64,000 nt of DNA from an uncultured Planctomycetales bacterium (GTDB lineage Bacteria; Omnitrophota; Gorgyraeia; Gygaellales; Profunditerraquicolaceae). The position numbers and the translations under genes were made by a program. The DNA lies in assembly GCA_964545575.1 (NCBI GenBank), contig CAZJFL010000005.1:8617-72616 (forward strand), read 5' to 3'. The notes under the pieces were generated by a model that searched no databases, was not told the DNA's origin, and saw only the letters and a list, made by a program, of their open reading frames with translations. Each line of letters opens with the position of its first letter. Within the stretch, counting starts at the first letter, position 1. This document shows positions 30,294 through 39,230 of this stretch, piece after piece.

Positions 30294-31596
30294 ATTGAGT
30301 ATGCAGATAATGAATTTTTGGAATCAGCCGTTTGTGAAAAAGACCGTTACCGTATCTATTTTTTTAACATTATCAGTGGGCATATTTCTTCGTATCAATA
30401 ACCTCAATAACGTCAATTACAGAACGCCGGACGAAGTTACATATACCTACCAAGCTACAGAAATAGCCAGGTTTGGCACTGGTGCTGTGAAAATATTGGT
30501 TTCCGAATATAATAATGATAATAGGTCCTGGTTTTATCCATCTCCGATCCGCATCGGATATATTGGTTTAGTTGCCGTCATTATGAAAATGACACATACC
30601 CTGGGTGATGAAAGAGCAGGGGCTTATGTGGCGTGCTTTTTTAGCATCATCGGCTTATTGATTCTCATAGCGGCGGGTCTTAAGTTTTTAAATCCGTACA
30701 TAACTTTATTCGGCCTTATTTTTTTAAGTGTCTCACCGATGGACCTGGCTATTGCAAGGCGCGCATGGCAGGACGCCATGCTCGGGAGCCTGGCGGCATT
30801 ACTTATTTACTTATCCTGCGCAATAACGAGTTCCCGCCGCAAAATAATATTGTACGCGTTATTTGTGTTCACGGGAAGTTACTGTATTTTGATTAAAGAA
30901 TCCGGCACTATAATTTATACGATATGTTTGTTATGGGTCCTCTGGATGCTATCGGTCAAGAAGCGGTTATTCCCGGAAGGGGTTTTTTTAACAACCGCAA
31001 GCATTTTGGGCGGATGCCTCAGCATTACCGTCCTTGCTTATATTGGCGGCGGTTTTCCGGTCATTATAGAGGCTTTGAAACATCATCTGGGATCGATACC
31101 AAATAACCAATATGCGCTGATATATCAATCCGGACCATGGTACAATCTTCCGCTGGGGCTCTGGATAGTAGATCCGGTAAATACGATTTTGTGTCTTATC
31201 GGCACCATTACAGCGCTCTTTAATGGCGTGTCTAACCTAAAAAATTTAGACGAGCAAGATTACGAAAAACGATTTGCTGTGCCCGGGATAGCATTTTTTA
31301 TGATAGCGTTTCTGGCTATTACCATGCTTGCCCCGCATTGTCAAAACCTGAGATATTTAAGCGTTTTATACGTGCCGTTTTATCTTATGGCTGGATTGGG
31401 ACTATGGCGTTTTATTTTGTTTTGCAAAAACAGGAAAAATACATTACTTTTTATGATTATCGCTGCAGCCGTTTTTGGAATAATAATTACAACGGCAATA
31501 GGAAACTATTTAATTTTCAAGAATCTTTTTGTCGATGTAGGGCTCAATGACCTCTCGGTTAATCTGTTAAAAAAATACGCCCTTATTGTCAGATAA
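30283..31596 (+). CDS. GT-C fold membrane glycosyltransferase (ArnT/PMT-like)
   Basis: TPDE..Y acidic motif after first TM helix, many TM helices, IKE and RY motifs; start may be ATG 30301. Confidence 0.7.
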   Translation: MAPKLSMQIMNFWNQPFVKKTVTVSIFLTLSVGIFLRINNLNNVNYRTPDEVTYTYQATEIARFGTGAVKILVSEYNNDNRSWFYPSPIRIGYIGLVAVIMKMTHTLGDERAGAYVACFFSIIGLLILIAAGLKFLNPYITLFGLIFLSVSPMDLAIARRAWQDAMLGSLAALLIYLSCAITSSRRKIILYALFVFTGSYCILIKESGTIIYTICLLWVLWMLSVKKRLFPEGVFLTTASILGGCLSITVLAYIGGGFPVIIEALKHHLGSIPNNQYALIYQSGPWYNLPLGLWIVDPVNTILCLIGTITALFNGVSNLKNLDEQDYEKRFAVPGIAFFMIAFLAITMLAPHCQNLRYLSVLYVPFYLMAGLGLWRFILFCKNRKNTLLFMIIAAAVFGIIITTAIGNYLIFKNLFVDVGLNDLSVNLLKKYALIVR

Positions 31597-31688
31597 TAAG
31601 ATCGAAAGGTGGGGTGTCCCATTGAGGACGGGAGGACGGGGACGTTTCCCAAAGGGACAGCATAATAGTACATAACCATTGTAATATA

Positions 31689-32879
31689 ATGAATAACAAG
31701 GGTGTGCATATAAGAACTTTCGGCTGCCAAATGAATGTCCGCGATTCGGAAGTCATCTGCGGGCTGCTAAAGAAAGAGGGGTATAAAATAGTAGACGAGC
31801 CGAAGAAGGCAGATATCCTAATTTTTAATACCTGTTCCGTCAGGCAGCATGCAGAAGAAAAAATTTGGTCGGCGTTAGGTAAACTCAGGGTTCATAGTTT
31901 AGCTAAGCCCACAATTGGGCTTATCGGCTGTATGGCACAGAATTACAAAGAGAAAATTTTTGAACGCGCGCCAAACGTTGATTTTGTAATCGGCCCATCC
32001 GATATTGCCAAGATTCCTGAGATGATTTCACGGTTCACGGTTCACGGTTCTCGGTTATCGCAATCAGGAAATAAACGAACACCGAACACCGAACACCGAA
32101 CACCGAGCGCTGAGCTCTTTGAGCGCAAAATCTGGGAAACTGATGGCGATATCCGGCCGGAAGAAATTTATCATACCGGATTTTACGAAGACAAAAATCA
32201 CGCCTATGTGGTCATTTCCGAGGGCTGCTCTAATTTCTGCTCTTATTGCGTAGTGCCTTATGTGCGGGGCCCTTTACATAACCGAAATCATAAGGATATA
32301 TTAAAAGAGATAGAAGGGGCAGTGGAGCAGGGTATAACCCGGATTACCCTTCTGGGGCAAAATGTTAGCGCTTATAAAGATAATCAAGTTGGGTTCGTGG
32401 AATTAGTTAAATTAGTTGAATTAGTGAAGGGGTTGGAGGAGTTTAGTTTTATTACATCTCATCCGAAAGATACATCGGCCGAGCTGTTTAAAGCCATGCG
32501 CGATAGGGGAAAATTAAAAAAATACCTGCATCTTCCGGTGCAGTCCGGATCAGACCGGATTTTGCAATTGATGAACCGCGGATACACCCGAAAATTTTAT
32601 TTAGGTTTAATAGATAATTATCGTAAAGTAGTAAAAAATGGCGTGTTGACTACGGATATAATTGTTGGCTTTCCGGGCGAGACCGAAGATGATTTCAAGG
32701 ATACATATAATTTAGTTAAAGAGGTACAATTTGACGCGGCCTATATTTTTAAATATTCTCCCCGGCCGAATACCCAAGCCGAAAAGTTAGGTGATGGTGT
32801 GCCTAAAAACGAGAAAGAGAGCAGGCACGCGCTTATACTAGAATTGCAGAAGAAGATATCTAAGAGTAAAAAATGTTAA
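31689..32879 (+). CDS. miaB: tRNA-2-methylthio-N6-dimethylallyladenosine synthase (no TRAM domain)
   Basis: TFGCQMN.RDSE, NTCSVR, GCSNFCSYCVVP, HLPVQSGS, DIIVGFPGET, YSPRP; near miaA. Confidence 0.92.
   Translation: MNNKGVHIRTFGCQMNVRDSEVICGLLKKEGYKIVDEPKKADILIFNTCSVRQHAEEKIWSALGKLRVHSLAKPTIGLIGCMAQNYKEKIFERAPNVDFVIGPSDIAKIPEMISRFTVHGSRLSQSGNKRTPNTEHRTPSAELFERKIWETDGDIRPEEIYHTGFYEDKNHAYVVISEGCSNFCSYCVVPYVRGPLHNRNHKDILKEIEGAVEQGITRITLLGQNVSAYKDNQVGFVELVKLVELVKGLEEFSFITSHPKDTSAELFKAMRDRGKLKKYLHLPVQSGSDRILQLMNRGYTRKFYLGLIDNYRKVVKNGVLTTDIIVGFPGETEDDFKDTYNLVKEVQFDAAYIFKYSPRPNTQAEKLGDGVPKNEKESRHALILELQKKISKSKKC
32027..32103. repeat. Inverted pair of heptamer arrays in miaB: (TTCACGG)x3 + TTCTCGG, then (CGAACAC)x4
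   Basis: Left array 32027-32054, right array 32076-32103. Confidence 0.95.
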
Positions 32880-33679
32880 ATCCAAAACAGAAATTTTGTC
32901 ATTGGGTATTTGTATTTGGGATTTATTTTGAATTTTGTGCTTTGGTATTTGGATTTTACAGTAATGCTTATGCCCTCGATTTGACCAAGGTCAAGGCCTG
33001 CTTTCTAAAAGGCGATTATAAGTCTGCGATAATAGAAGGAGAAAAAAACTTGGGTAGTGCCACCGGTAACAGCTATGGATTAGATGAGCTTTATTATATC
33101 TTAGGTTTAAGTTATCTAAAAGATGGTAATTATCTGCGCGCTACGGATATATTCGAGATTATTTTAAGGGAGTTTAAAAGGAGCGCCTTTGGAGATGAGG
33201 CTAAATTAGCTTTGGGCGATACCTATTTTTTAAAAGGCGAATACGCAAGAGCGCAAACATATTATAAAGAGCTGGCGGATAGCAAGCGCCAGCATAAACT
33301 GAAGCCTTTGGCATACGAGCGCCTCAGCCAGTGCGCCCTGAAAACCGGCAATACCGGGGAAGCAAGAAATTATTTAGCCAAGCTTAAGATTGAGTTTCCG
33401 CTTGCCCTTAACCTGGGAAATCAGATTAATAAAGAAGCAGCTATCCCTTCGGATTTATACTACACCGTGCAGGTAGGTTCCTTTTCCAATCAGGTAAATG
33501 CCAGGAATCTGGCGCAGAACTTAATTAATCAAGGCTGCCCCGCCTACCTGGAAGAATCAAATTCTCAGGGAGAAGTAAGTTACCGCGTCAGGGCAGGGAA
33601 GTTCCATTCCCGGCAGGAGGCGGCGGATTTAGAAAAGAAGCTCGTAGCGCTTGGCTATCCCACTAAGATATTCCCTTAG
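32873..33679 (+). CDS. Exported TPR + SPOR domain protein
   Basis: Signal peptide ending AYA; TPR helices; YTVQVGSFSN..NA, YRVRAG. Confidence 0.88.
   Translation: MLNPKQKFCHWVFVFGIYFEFCALVFGFYSNAYALDLTKVKACFLKGDYKSAIIEGEKNLGSATGNSYGLDELYYILGLSYLKDGNYLRATDIFEIILREFKRSAFGDEAKLALGDTYFLKGEYARAQTYYKELADSKRQHKLKPLAYERLSQCALKTGNTGEARNYLAKLKIEFPLALNLGNQINKEAAIPSDLYYTVQVGSFSNQVNARNLAQNLINQGCPAYLEESNSQGEVSYRVRAGKFHSRQEAADLEKKLVALGYPTKIFP
32894..32957. repeat. Degenerate TTTGnnn heptamer array in signal peptide
   Basis: TTTG at 32927, 32934, 32941, 32948 plus irregular upstream copies. Confidence 0.65.
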
Positions 33680-33688
33680 GGGTTAAAT

Positions 33689-34606
33689 ATGAAGCCTGAA
33701 ATTTTATTCCTTGTCGGCCCCACCGCAGTAGGTAAAAGCGAAATTGCGGCTAAGTTAGCTCAAAAATTAAGAGCTGAAATCATCTCCTGCGACTCCATGC
33801 AGATCTACCGGGGGATGGAGATCATTACTTCTTATCCTGCGCCTGCCTTACGAAAAAAGGTTAAACACCATTTGCTCGGCATGGTTTCACCGCTAGCAGA
33901 ATTTGATGTTTCCCGCTACCGCAGGGAGGCGTTAAGAAAAATAAAGGCAATCATCAAGAAAGGCAAAATCCCGCTTTTTGTCGGCGGGACAGGGCTTTAT
34001 CTGTCTATAGTTATAGACGGGATATTTAAAGCCAGGCCTGCGGATAAAAAAATCCGCACCCGGCTCTACAAGCAGGCAGAAAAGTTCGGCAACGGGCATC
34101 TACACGCACGTTTAAAGAAAGTTGATCCTGAGGCAGCCGCAAAAATCCACCCCCACGATACCAGACGCCTGATTAGGGCCCTGGAGGTTTTTACGGCCAC
34201 CGGCAAACCCATATCGCTGCTGCAAAAGCAAAGGCGGGGCCTGGATAAAGAATATACCTTCAAGATTTTCTGCCTGAATATGCCCGGTCAGGATTTAGAG
34301 CAGAGGATCCAGCGCCGTATCGAGAAGATGTTTAAGCAGGGCTTATTGAGCGAAGTAATACGCCTGGTTAAATTAAAATTGAGCCGGACTGCTGCCAGCG
34401 CTATCGGGATAAAAGAATTAAAGGGTTATCTAGAAGGCGCCTATGACCTGGAAGAGGCAAAGCGGCTATTGAAACGCAATACCCGTTTGTATGCTAAGCG
34501 GCAACTTACCTGGTTCAGGAAGGATAAGCGGATAAACTGGGTTAATATAGAAGAGAAAGAAAAGCCCGGGCAGATTGCGATGCGGATATGGAAAGAGCTT
34601 TATTAG
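33689..34606 (+). CDS. miaA: tRNA dimethylallyltransferase
   Basis: GPTAVGKS, DSMQIYRGM, VGGTGLY, RRLIRALEV, YAKRQLTWF. Confidence 0.96.
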   Translation: MKPEILFLVGPTAVGKSEIAAKLAQKLRAEIISCDSMQIYRGMEIITSYPAPALRKKVKHHLLGMVSPLAEFDVSRYRREALRKIKAIIKKGKIPLFVGGTGLYLSIVIDGIFKARPADKKIRTRLYKQAEKFGNGHLHARLKKVDPEAAAKIHPHDTRRLIRALEVFTATGKPISLLQKQRRGLDKEYTFKIFCLNMPGQDLEQRIQRRIEKMFKQGLLSEVIRLVKLKLSRTAASAIGIKELKGYLEGAYDLEEAKRLLKRNTRLYAKRQLTWFRKDKRINWVNIEEKEKPGQIAMRIWKELY

Positions 34607-35847
34607 TCAGTATAAGGTTTGATTCCGAAATTGAAGAATGGCAGCTAGAAGATACTGCCAGTGAATTGGAAGAATTAGTTTCTGCCTGCGCGGTCAAGAT
34701 GGTGGATAATGTCAGCTGTTTACGCGATAAGCCAACCCCTAATCTGCTCATCGGAAAAGGCAAGGTCGAGGAACTGGCCTATTTCTGCCAGGAAGAAGAA
34801 ATAGATACGGTAATTTTCAGCCACGATCTGTCAGGCACGCAGCAAAGGAACCTGGAAGATGCAATAGGCAAGAAGACCATTGACCGGACGCAGGTAATTT
34901 TAGATATTTTTGCCCGTCACGCCAAAACCCCGCAAGGAAAAATGCAGGTAGAATTAGCGCAATTACAGTATCTGCTTCCGCGCCTGGTAGGAAAAGGAAT
35001 CATCCTTTCGCGTCTGGGCGGGGGTATCGGAACAAGAGGTCCGGGAGAGCAGAAACTTGAAATTGACCGACGCCGGATCAGGGAGAAGATCGATAAGCTA
35101 AAAGCCGATCTTAAGAAATATTCTCTGCACCGCCTGACCGCTAAGAAAAAAAGAAAAGAAAGCGCGATACCATCCGTCGCCTTAGTCGGTTATACTAACG
35201 CCGGAAAATCCACGCTTTTAAATACCCTCACCGGGGCGTCTCAGGCCGTAGCCGACGGCTTATTTACTACCTTAGACCCGCTCTCTAAAGGGTTAGTCCT
35301 GGATAACGGAGAGCACATTGTGCTCTCGGATACGGTAGGTTTTTTGCATCATCTTCCGCACCACCTGATAGAGGCCTTTAAGGCTACTCTGGAAGAGGTG
35401 GTAGAAGCGGATTTATTAATCCATGTACTTGATGTGTCTTCACCAAACATATACGAATATAATCGTGCCGTGCACGCGGTGTTAAAGCAGCTGGGAACGG
35501 ATAAGAAGCCGATGATCACGGCTTTGAATAAAATAGATCTTTTAGATGACCAAGCATGGCTAGGCAAGCTCAAGCAAGATTTTATCAATCCCATCCCGGT
35601 ATCGGCAAAGCTTAAGCAGAACCTGGATATTCTGGTGCAGGAGTTAGAAAAGCATTTTAGCGCTCGGATGGAACACCTTGAATTGCTCCTGCCGCATGCG
35701 CGAATGGACCTGGTGGATTTATTTTACCGTCAAGGCAAGGTTGAAGAAATAAAATACCTGCAGAAAGGGATAAAAGTTAAAGTAAACCTGCCAAAGACCC
35801 TAGCCTACAACTTATTAAAAAGCAAGGCGATAGAAAAAGTCGATTAG
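34588..35847 (+). CDS. hflX: GTPase HflX
   Basis: LQYLLPRL, GTRGPGE, VGYTNAGKST, FTTLDP, SDTVGF, NKID. Confidence 0.97.
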   Translation: MERALLVSIRFDSEIEEWQLEDTASELEELVSACAVKMVDNVSCLRDKPTPNLLIGKGKVEELAYFCQEEEIDTVIFSHDLSGTQQRNLEDAIGKKTIDRTQVILDIFARHAKTPQGKMQVELAQLQYLLPRLVGKGIILSRLGGGIGTRGPGEQKLEIDRRRIREKIDKLKADLKKYSLHRLTAKKKRKESAIPSVALVGYTNAGKSTLLNTLTGASQAVADGLFTTLDPLSKGLVLDNGEHIVLSDTVGFLHHLPHHLIEAFKATLEEVVEADLLIHVLDVSSPNIYEYNRAVHAVLKQLGTDKKPMITALNKIDLLDDQAWLGKLKQDFINPIPVSAKLKQNLDILVQELEKHFSARMEHLELLLPHARMDLVDLFYRQGKVEEIKYLQKGIKVKVNLPKTLAYNLLKSKAIEKVD

Positions 35848-35853
35848 TATGCA

Positions 35854-35880
35854 TTAGCACTCTTAAGTAGAGAGTGCTAA
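35854..35880. promoter_or_regulatory. CIRCE element (HrcA operator)
   Basis: Perfect TTAGCACTC-N9-GAGTGCTAA upstream of hrcA. Confidence 0.97.
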
Positions 35881-35887
35881 AAATAGG

Positions 35888-35915
35888 TTGACAAAGCAGG
35901 CATTTGTGTTAAAAT
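35888..35915 (+). promoter_or_regulatory. Sigma70 promoter of the hrcA-grpE-dnaK-dnaJ operon
   Basis: TTGACA-16-TAAAAT with extended TG; CIRCE half-site TTGGCACTC at 35923-35931. Confidence 0.8.
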
Positions 35916-35965
35916 TTATTTTTTGGCACTCCTATAGGGGATAATAGCTAAAGAGGCAAGTAAAT

Positions 35966-36703
35966 ATGGTTAAAAATATAGACCACGAATCCAGAAGAAG
36001 GGCGGTTTTGGCGGCGACCATCAATATGTATATAAAAGAAGCTTTACCTGTGGCTTCCGAAGATATCGCCCGGGATTTCGGCGTCAGTTCCGCCACTATC
36101 CGCAATATCTTTGCTGAGCTGGAGGACTCCGGATATATCACCCATCCTTATACTTCCGGCGGCAGGATCCCCACTAATAAAGGTTACCGTTACTACGTAG
36201 ATTTTTTGATTTTACAGATGCAGCTTTTAGGGGCGGAAAAGCAACGCATCCTGAATGAATATAAAAAAGAGGCATGCCGGCTGGAGGATGCCCTGGAGCA
36301 GACTTCCGAGATCCTCTGTGATATTACGCATTACGCCGGTATTGTTTCTCTCTCTGACCGGCAGGACAGATTTTACTATAAAGGAATAAGTTATATATTA
36401 GAGCAGCCGGAGTTCCGTAATATAGACAGGATGCGCTTGATGGTCAGGATGCTGGAAGAGAAACACGATTTACTGGGCGTGATTAACCGTGATCCGGGGG
36501 ATAAAGTGAGGGTCTATATCGGAGGCGAATTAGACTGTCCCGGAATGGAGGATTGTTCATTAGTGGTTTCCGCTTACAGTTTAAAAGATAGGCCTTTAGG
36601 CAGAATCGCCGTTTTAGGGCCGGCACGGATGGAATACAGGCATACTATTCCGGCGCTGGAATACATCTCGGAGGTTTTAACCGGGGTCTTGGAAGGAATC
36701 TAA
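35966..36703 (+). CDS. hrcA: Heat-inducible transcription repressor HrcA (short form)
   Basis: PVAS, VSSATIRN, HPYTSGGRIPTNKGYRYYVD, GRIAVLGP.RMEY; upstream CIRCE. Confidence 0.92.
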   Translation: MVKNIDHESRRRAVLAATINMYIKEALPVASEDIARDFGVSSATIRNIFAELEDSGYITHPYTSGGRIPTNKGYRYYVDFLILQMQLLGAEKQRILNEYKKEACRLEDALEQTSEILCDITHYAGIVSLSDRQDRFYYKGISYILEQPEFRNIDRMRLMVRMLEEKHDLLGVINRDPGDKVRVYIGGELDCPGMEDCSLVVSAYSLKDRPLGRIAVLGPARMEYRHTIPALEYISEVLTGVLEGI

Positions 36704-36704
36704 T

Positions 36705-37220
36705 ATGCCCGAGCATAAAGAGAATAATAAAGAAGAAAAAATAGTTTCCCTAAAAGAATCGGAATATTTAAAATTAAAAGAGGACGCCGCAAAGGCCGGA
36801 GAATACTGGGATAGGATTTTAAGGCTGCAGGCTGATTTTGAGAATACGCGTAAGCGCCTGGAAAAAGATAAGCAGGACTTTGCTAAGTTCGCTAATGAGG
36901 GGATTGTTCTAGAGCTGCTGAATATCTTGGATGATTTAGAACGGGCAGTAGATTTGGCAGAGTCAAAGCATCAGGACCTCCCCGGCTTTTTAAAAGGCGT
37001 AGAAATGATCCTGGCGCACCTTTACGAATTATTGAAGGAATACGGGGTCAGGCCTATCGAGGCAAAAGGCAAGCCTTTTGACCCGCATTACCACGAAGCG
37101 CTGATGCAGATAGAGGATAAAAACGTTCCTGAGCATACAATCGTAGAGGAAATGCAAAAAGGTTATTTATTAAACGATAAGGTGATCAGAACCGTAAAAG
37201 TAAAAGTTTCTAAAAAATAA
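36705..37220 (+). CDS. grpE: Nucleotide exchange factor GrpE
   Basis: LRLQADFEN.RKR, DDLERA, FDP..HEA, QKGYLL. Confidence 0.96.
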   Translation: MPEHKENNKEEKIVSLKESEYLKLKEDAAKAGEYWDRILRLQADFENTRKRLEKDKQDFAKFANEGIVLELLNILDDLERAVDLAESKHQDLPGFLKGVEMILAHLYELLKEYGVRPIEAKGKPFDPHYHEALMQIEDKNVPEHTIVEEMQKGYLLNDKVIRTVKVKVSKK

Positions 37221-37316
37221 CACCCGGCCATATCGGATTGGCCGGTGCGCCCTTTCTGGACAAGCACCCAATCCTAAAGGATGGATTGGTGTGTGTCCCT
37301 ACACAAGGAGGTTAAT

Positions 37317-39230
37317 ATGGCAAAAGTAATTGGTATTGATTTGGGGACTTCTAACTCAGCAGCCGCGGTAATGGAGGCGGGGAGGCCGGTGATTATCCCT
37401 TCCGCGGAAGGTGCCGGCGTTGCCTCGGGAAAGGCGTTTCCTTCTTATGTTGCTTTTACCAAAGACGGGCAGCGCTTGGTCGGCGAGCCGGCAAGAAGGC
37501 AGGCAGCGATAAATGCCGAGGGGACAATCCAGGCAGCTAAACGTAAGATGGGCACGGATTTTAAGTTTAAGGTCTTTGGTAAGGAATATACACCGCAGCA
37601 GATCTCTGCTTTTATCCTGCAGAAGATCAAGCAGGATGCTGAAAGTTATCTTGGCGATAAAGTAGAGGAGGCAGTAATTACCTGCCCCGCATATTTTGAC
37701 GATAATCAGCGCACCGCGACCAAAGACGCCGGAGAGATCGCAGGATTAAAGGTCTTAAGGATCATCAATGAGCCGACAGCCGCGTGTCTGGCCTACGGCC
37801 TGGAGAAGGCCGGGAAAGAATTAAAGATCCTGGTTTTTGATTTCGGCGGCGGAACCCTAGACGTCACGATTATGGAAATGTGGAAAGAGGGCGGCTTTAA
37901 GGTTATGGCTACCAGCGGCGATACGCAGCTGGGCGGTACGGACATGGATAACGTGCTCATTGATTATATTGCCAATCAATTTAAGCGCGAGACCGGGATA
38001 GACCTCAAGAATGACAAAATGGCGATGCAGCGCCTGCGCGAAGGAGCAGAAAAAGCTAAGGTGGAACTTTCTAGCACTCTGACGACAGACATTAACCTGC
38101 CCTTTATTACCGCCGATGCTAGCGGCCCCAAGCATTTAACTATGCCGATTAACCGCGCAAAACTGGAAGAGTTGGTCGGCCCGATTATTGAAAGATGCCA
38201 GGGCCCTTTAGAAAGGGCATTAAAGGATGCCAGGGAGGCTTTTTCCAAAGAAGGGGTGGAGTTTGGAGAGAAGGGCGTAGATAGGATTATTATGGTCGGC
38301 GGCCCGACCAGGATGCCTATTGTGCAGAAGTTTGTGGAGGATTATTTCGGCAAGAAGATCGAACGCGGAGTAGACCCGATGGAGTGCGTTGCCTTGGGTG
38401 CAGCCATCCAGGCAGCGATCATTAAGGGAGATGTTAAGGATGTGCTGCTTTTGGATGTTACTCCGCTATCTTTAGGCATTGAGACCTTAGGCGGAGTAAA
38501 TACCAAGCTCATTGAGAGGAATACTACTATTCCTACCAAAAAGAGCCAGATATTTTCTACGGCGGCGGATAATCAGACCGCGGTGACCATCCGTGTTCTC
38601 CAGGGCGAGCGTTCTATGGCAGACGATAACGTAGAATTGGGAAGATTCGACTTGGTAGGAATACCGGCAGCGCCCCGCGGAGTCCCGCAGATCGAAGTCG
38701 CCTTTGATATCGATGCTAACGGTATCGTGCACGTTGCGGCAAAAGACTTAGGCACGGGTAAAGAACAGAAAATCCAGATTAGCGCGCCTAAGAAGCTGTC
38801 TAAAGAAGAAATTGACAAGATGGTTAAAGACGCGGATAAGTTTGCCGCGGAGGATGCTAAGAAGAAAGAAGAAGTAGAGGCTATTAATCAGGCAGATAAT
38901 CTGGTTTACGCTACCGAAAAATCGCTGAAAGATTACGGCGATAAAGTGAGCCAGCAGGAACGCGCTGACATCGAGTCTAGAGCTAATGATTTAAAGACAG
39001 CGATTAAAGATAAGAACTTAGAGAGGATTAAAAAAGGCATGGATGAATTGACCAAGGCCTCGCATAAGTTAGCCGAAGAGATCTATAAGCAGGCAGCGGC
39101 GAAGCAACAGCAGTCGCAGGGAGCTGCCGGCGGCGGCAAGGCAGCAGGAGAGGGGCCGCAGGAAGAGCCGAAGAAAAAAGAAGAAGATATTATCGACGCG
39201 GAATATAAGGAAGAAGATGATAAAAAATAA
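37317..39230 (+). CDS. dnaK: Chaperone DnaK (Hsp70)
   Basis: [44 protein letters not shown]; SD AAGGAGG before ATG 37317. Confidence 0.98.
   Translation: MAKVIGIDLGTSNSAAAVMEAGRPVIIPSAEGAGVASGKAFPSYVAFTKDGQRLVGEPARRQAAINAEGTIQAAKRKMGTDFKFKVFGKEYTPQQISAFILQKIKQDAESYLGDKVEEAVITCPAYFDDNQRTATKDAGEIAGLKVLRIINEPTAACLAYGLEKAGKELKILVFDFGGGTLDVTIMEMWKEGGFKVMATSGDTQLGGTDMDNVLIDYIANQFKRETGIDLKNDKMAMQRLREGAEKAKVELSSTLTTDINLPFITADASGPKHLTMPINRAKLEELVGPIIERCQGPLERALKDAREAFSKEGVEFGEKGVDRIIMVGGPTRMPIVQKFVEDYFGKKIERGVDPMECVALGAAIQAAIIKGDVKDVLLLDVTPLSLGIETLGGVNTKLIERNTTIPTKKSQIFSTAADNQTAVTIRVLQGERSMADDNVELGRFDLVGIPAAPRGVPQIEVAFDIDANGIVHVAAKDLGTGKEQKIQISAPKKLSKEEIDKMVKDADKFAAEDAKKKEEVEAINQADNLVYATEKSLKDYGDKVSQQERADIESRANDLKTAIKDKNLERIKKGMDELTKASHKLAEEIYKQAAAKQQQSQGAAGGGKAAGEGPQEEPKKKEEDIIDAEYKEEDDKK

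Noticed and set aside
1080-32103. Heptamer arrays as CRISPR repeats
   Set aside because: Units are 7 nt, directly adjacent, with no unique spacers and no cas genes.
33689-35847. No hfq between miaA and hflX
   Set aside because: Common in lineages lacking hfq; the two genes simply overlap.
37281-37316. Longer N-termini from the ORF track (dnaK 37281; also trpE 1801, TPR 10644, glgA 14337, ugd 49027)
   Set aside because: Downstream ATGs fit SD sequences, gene overlaps or family N-termini better.
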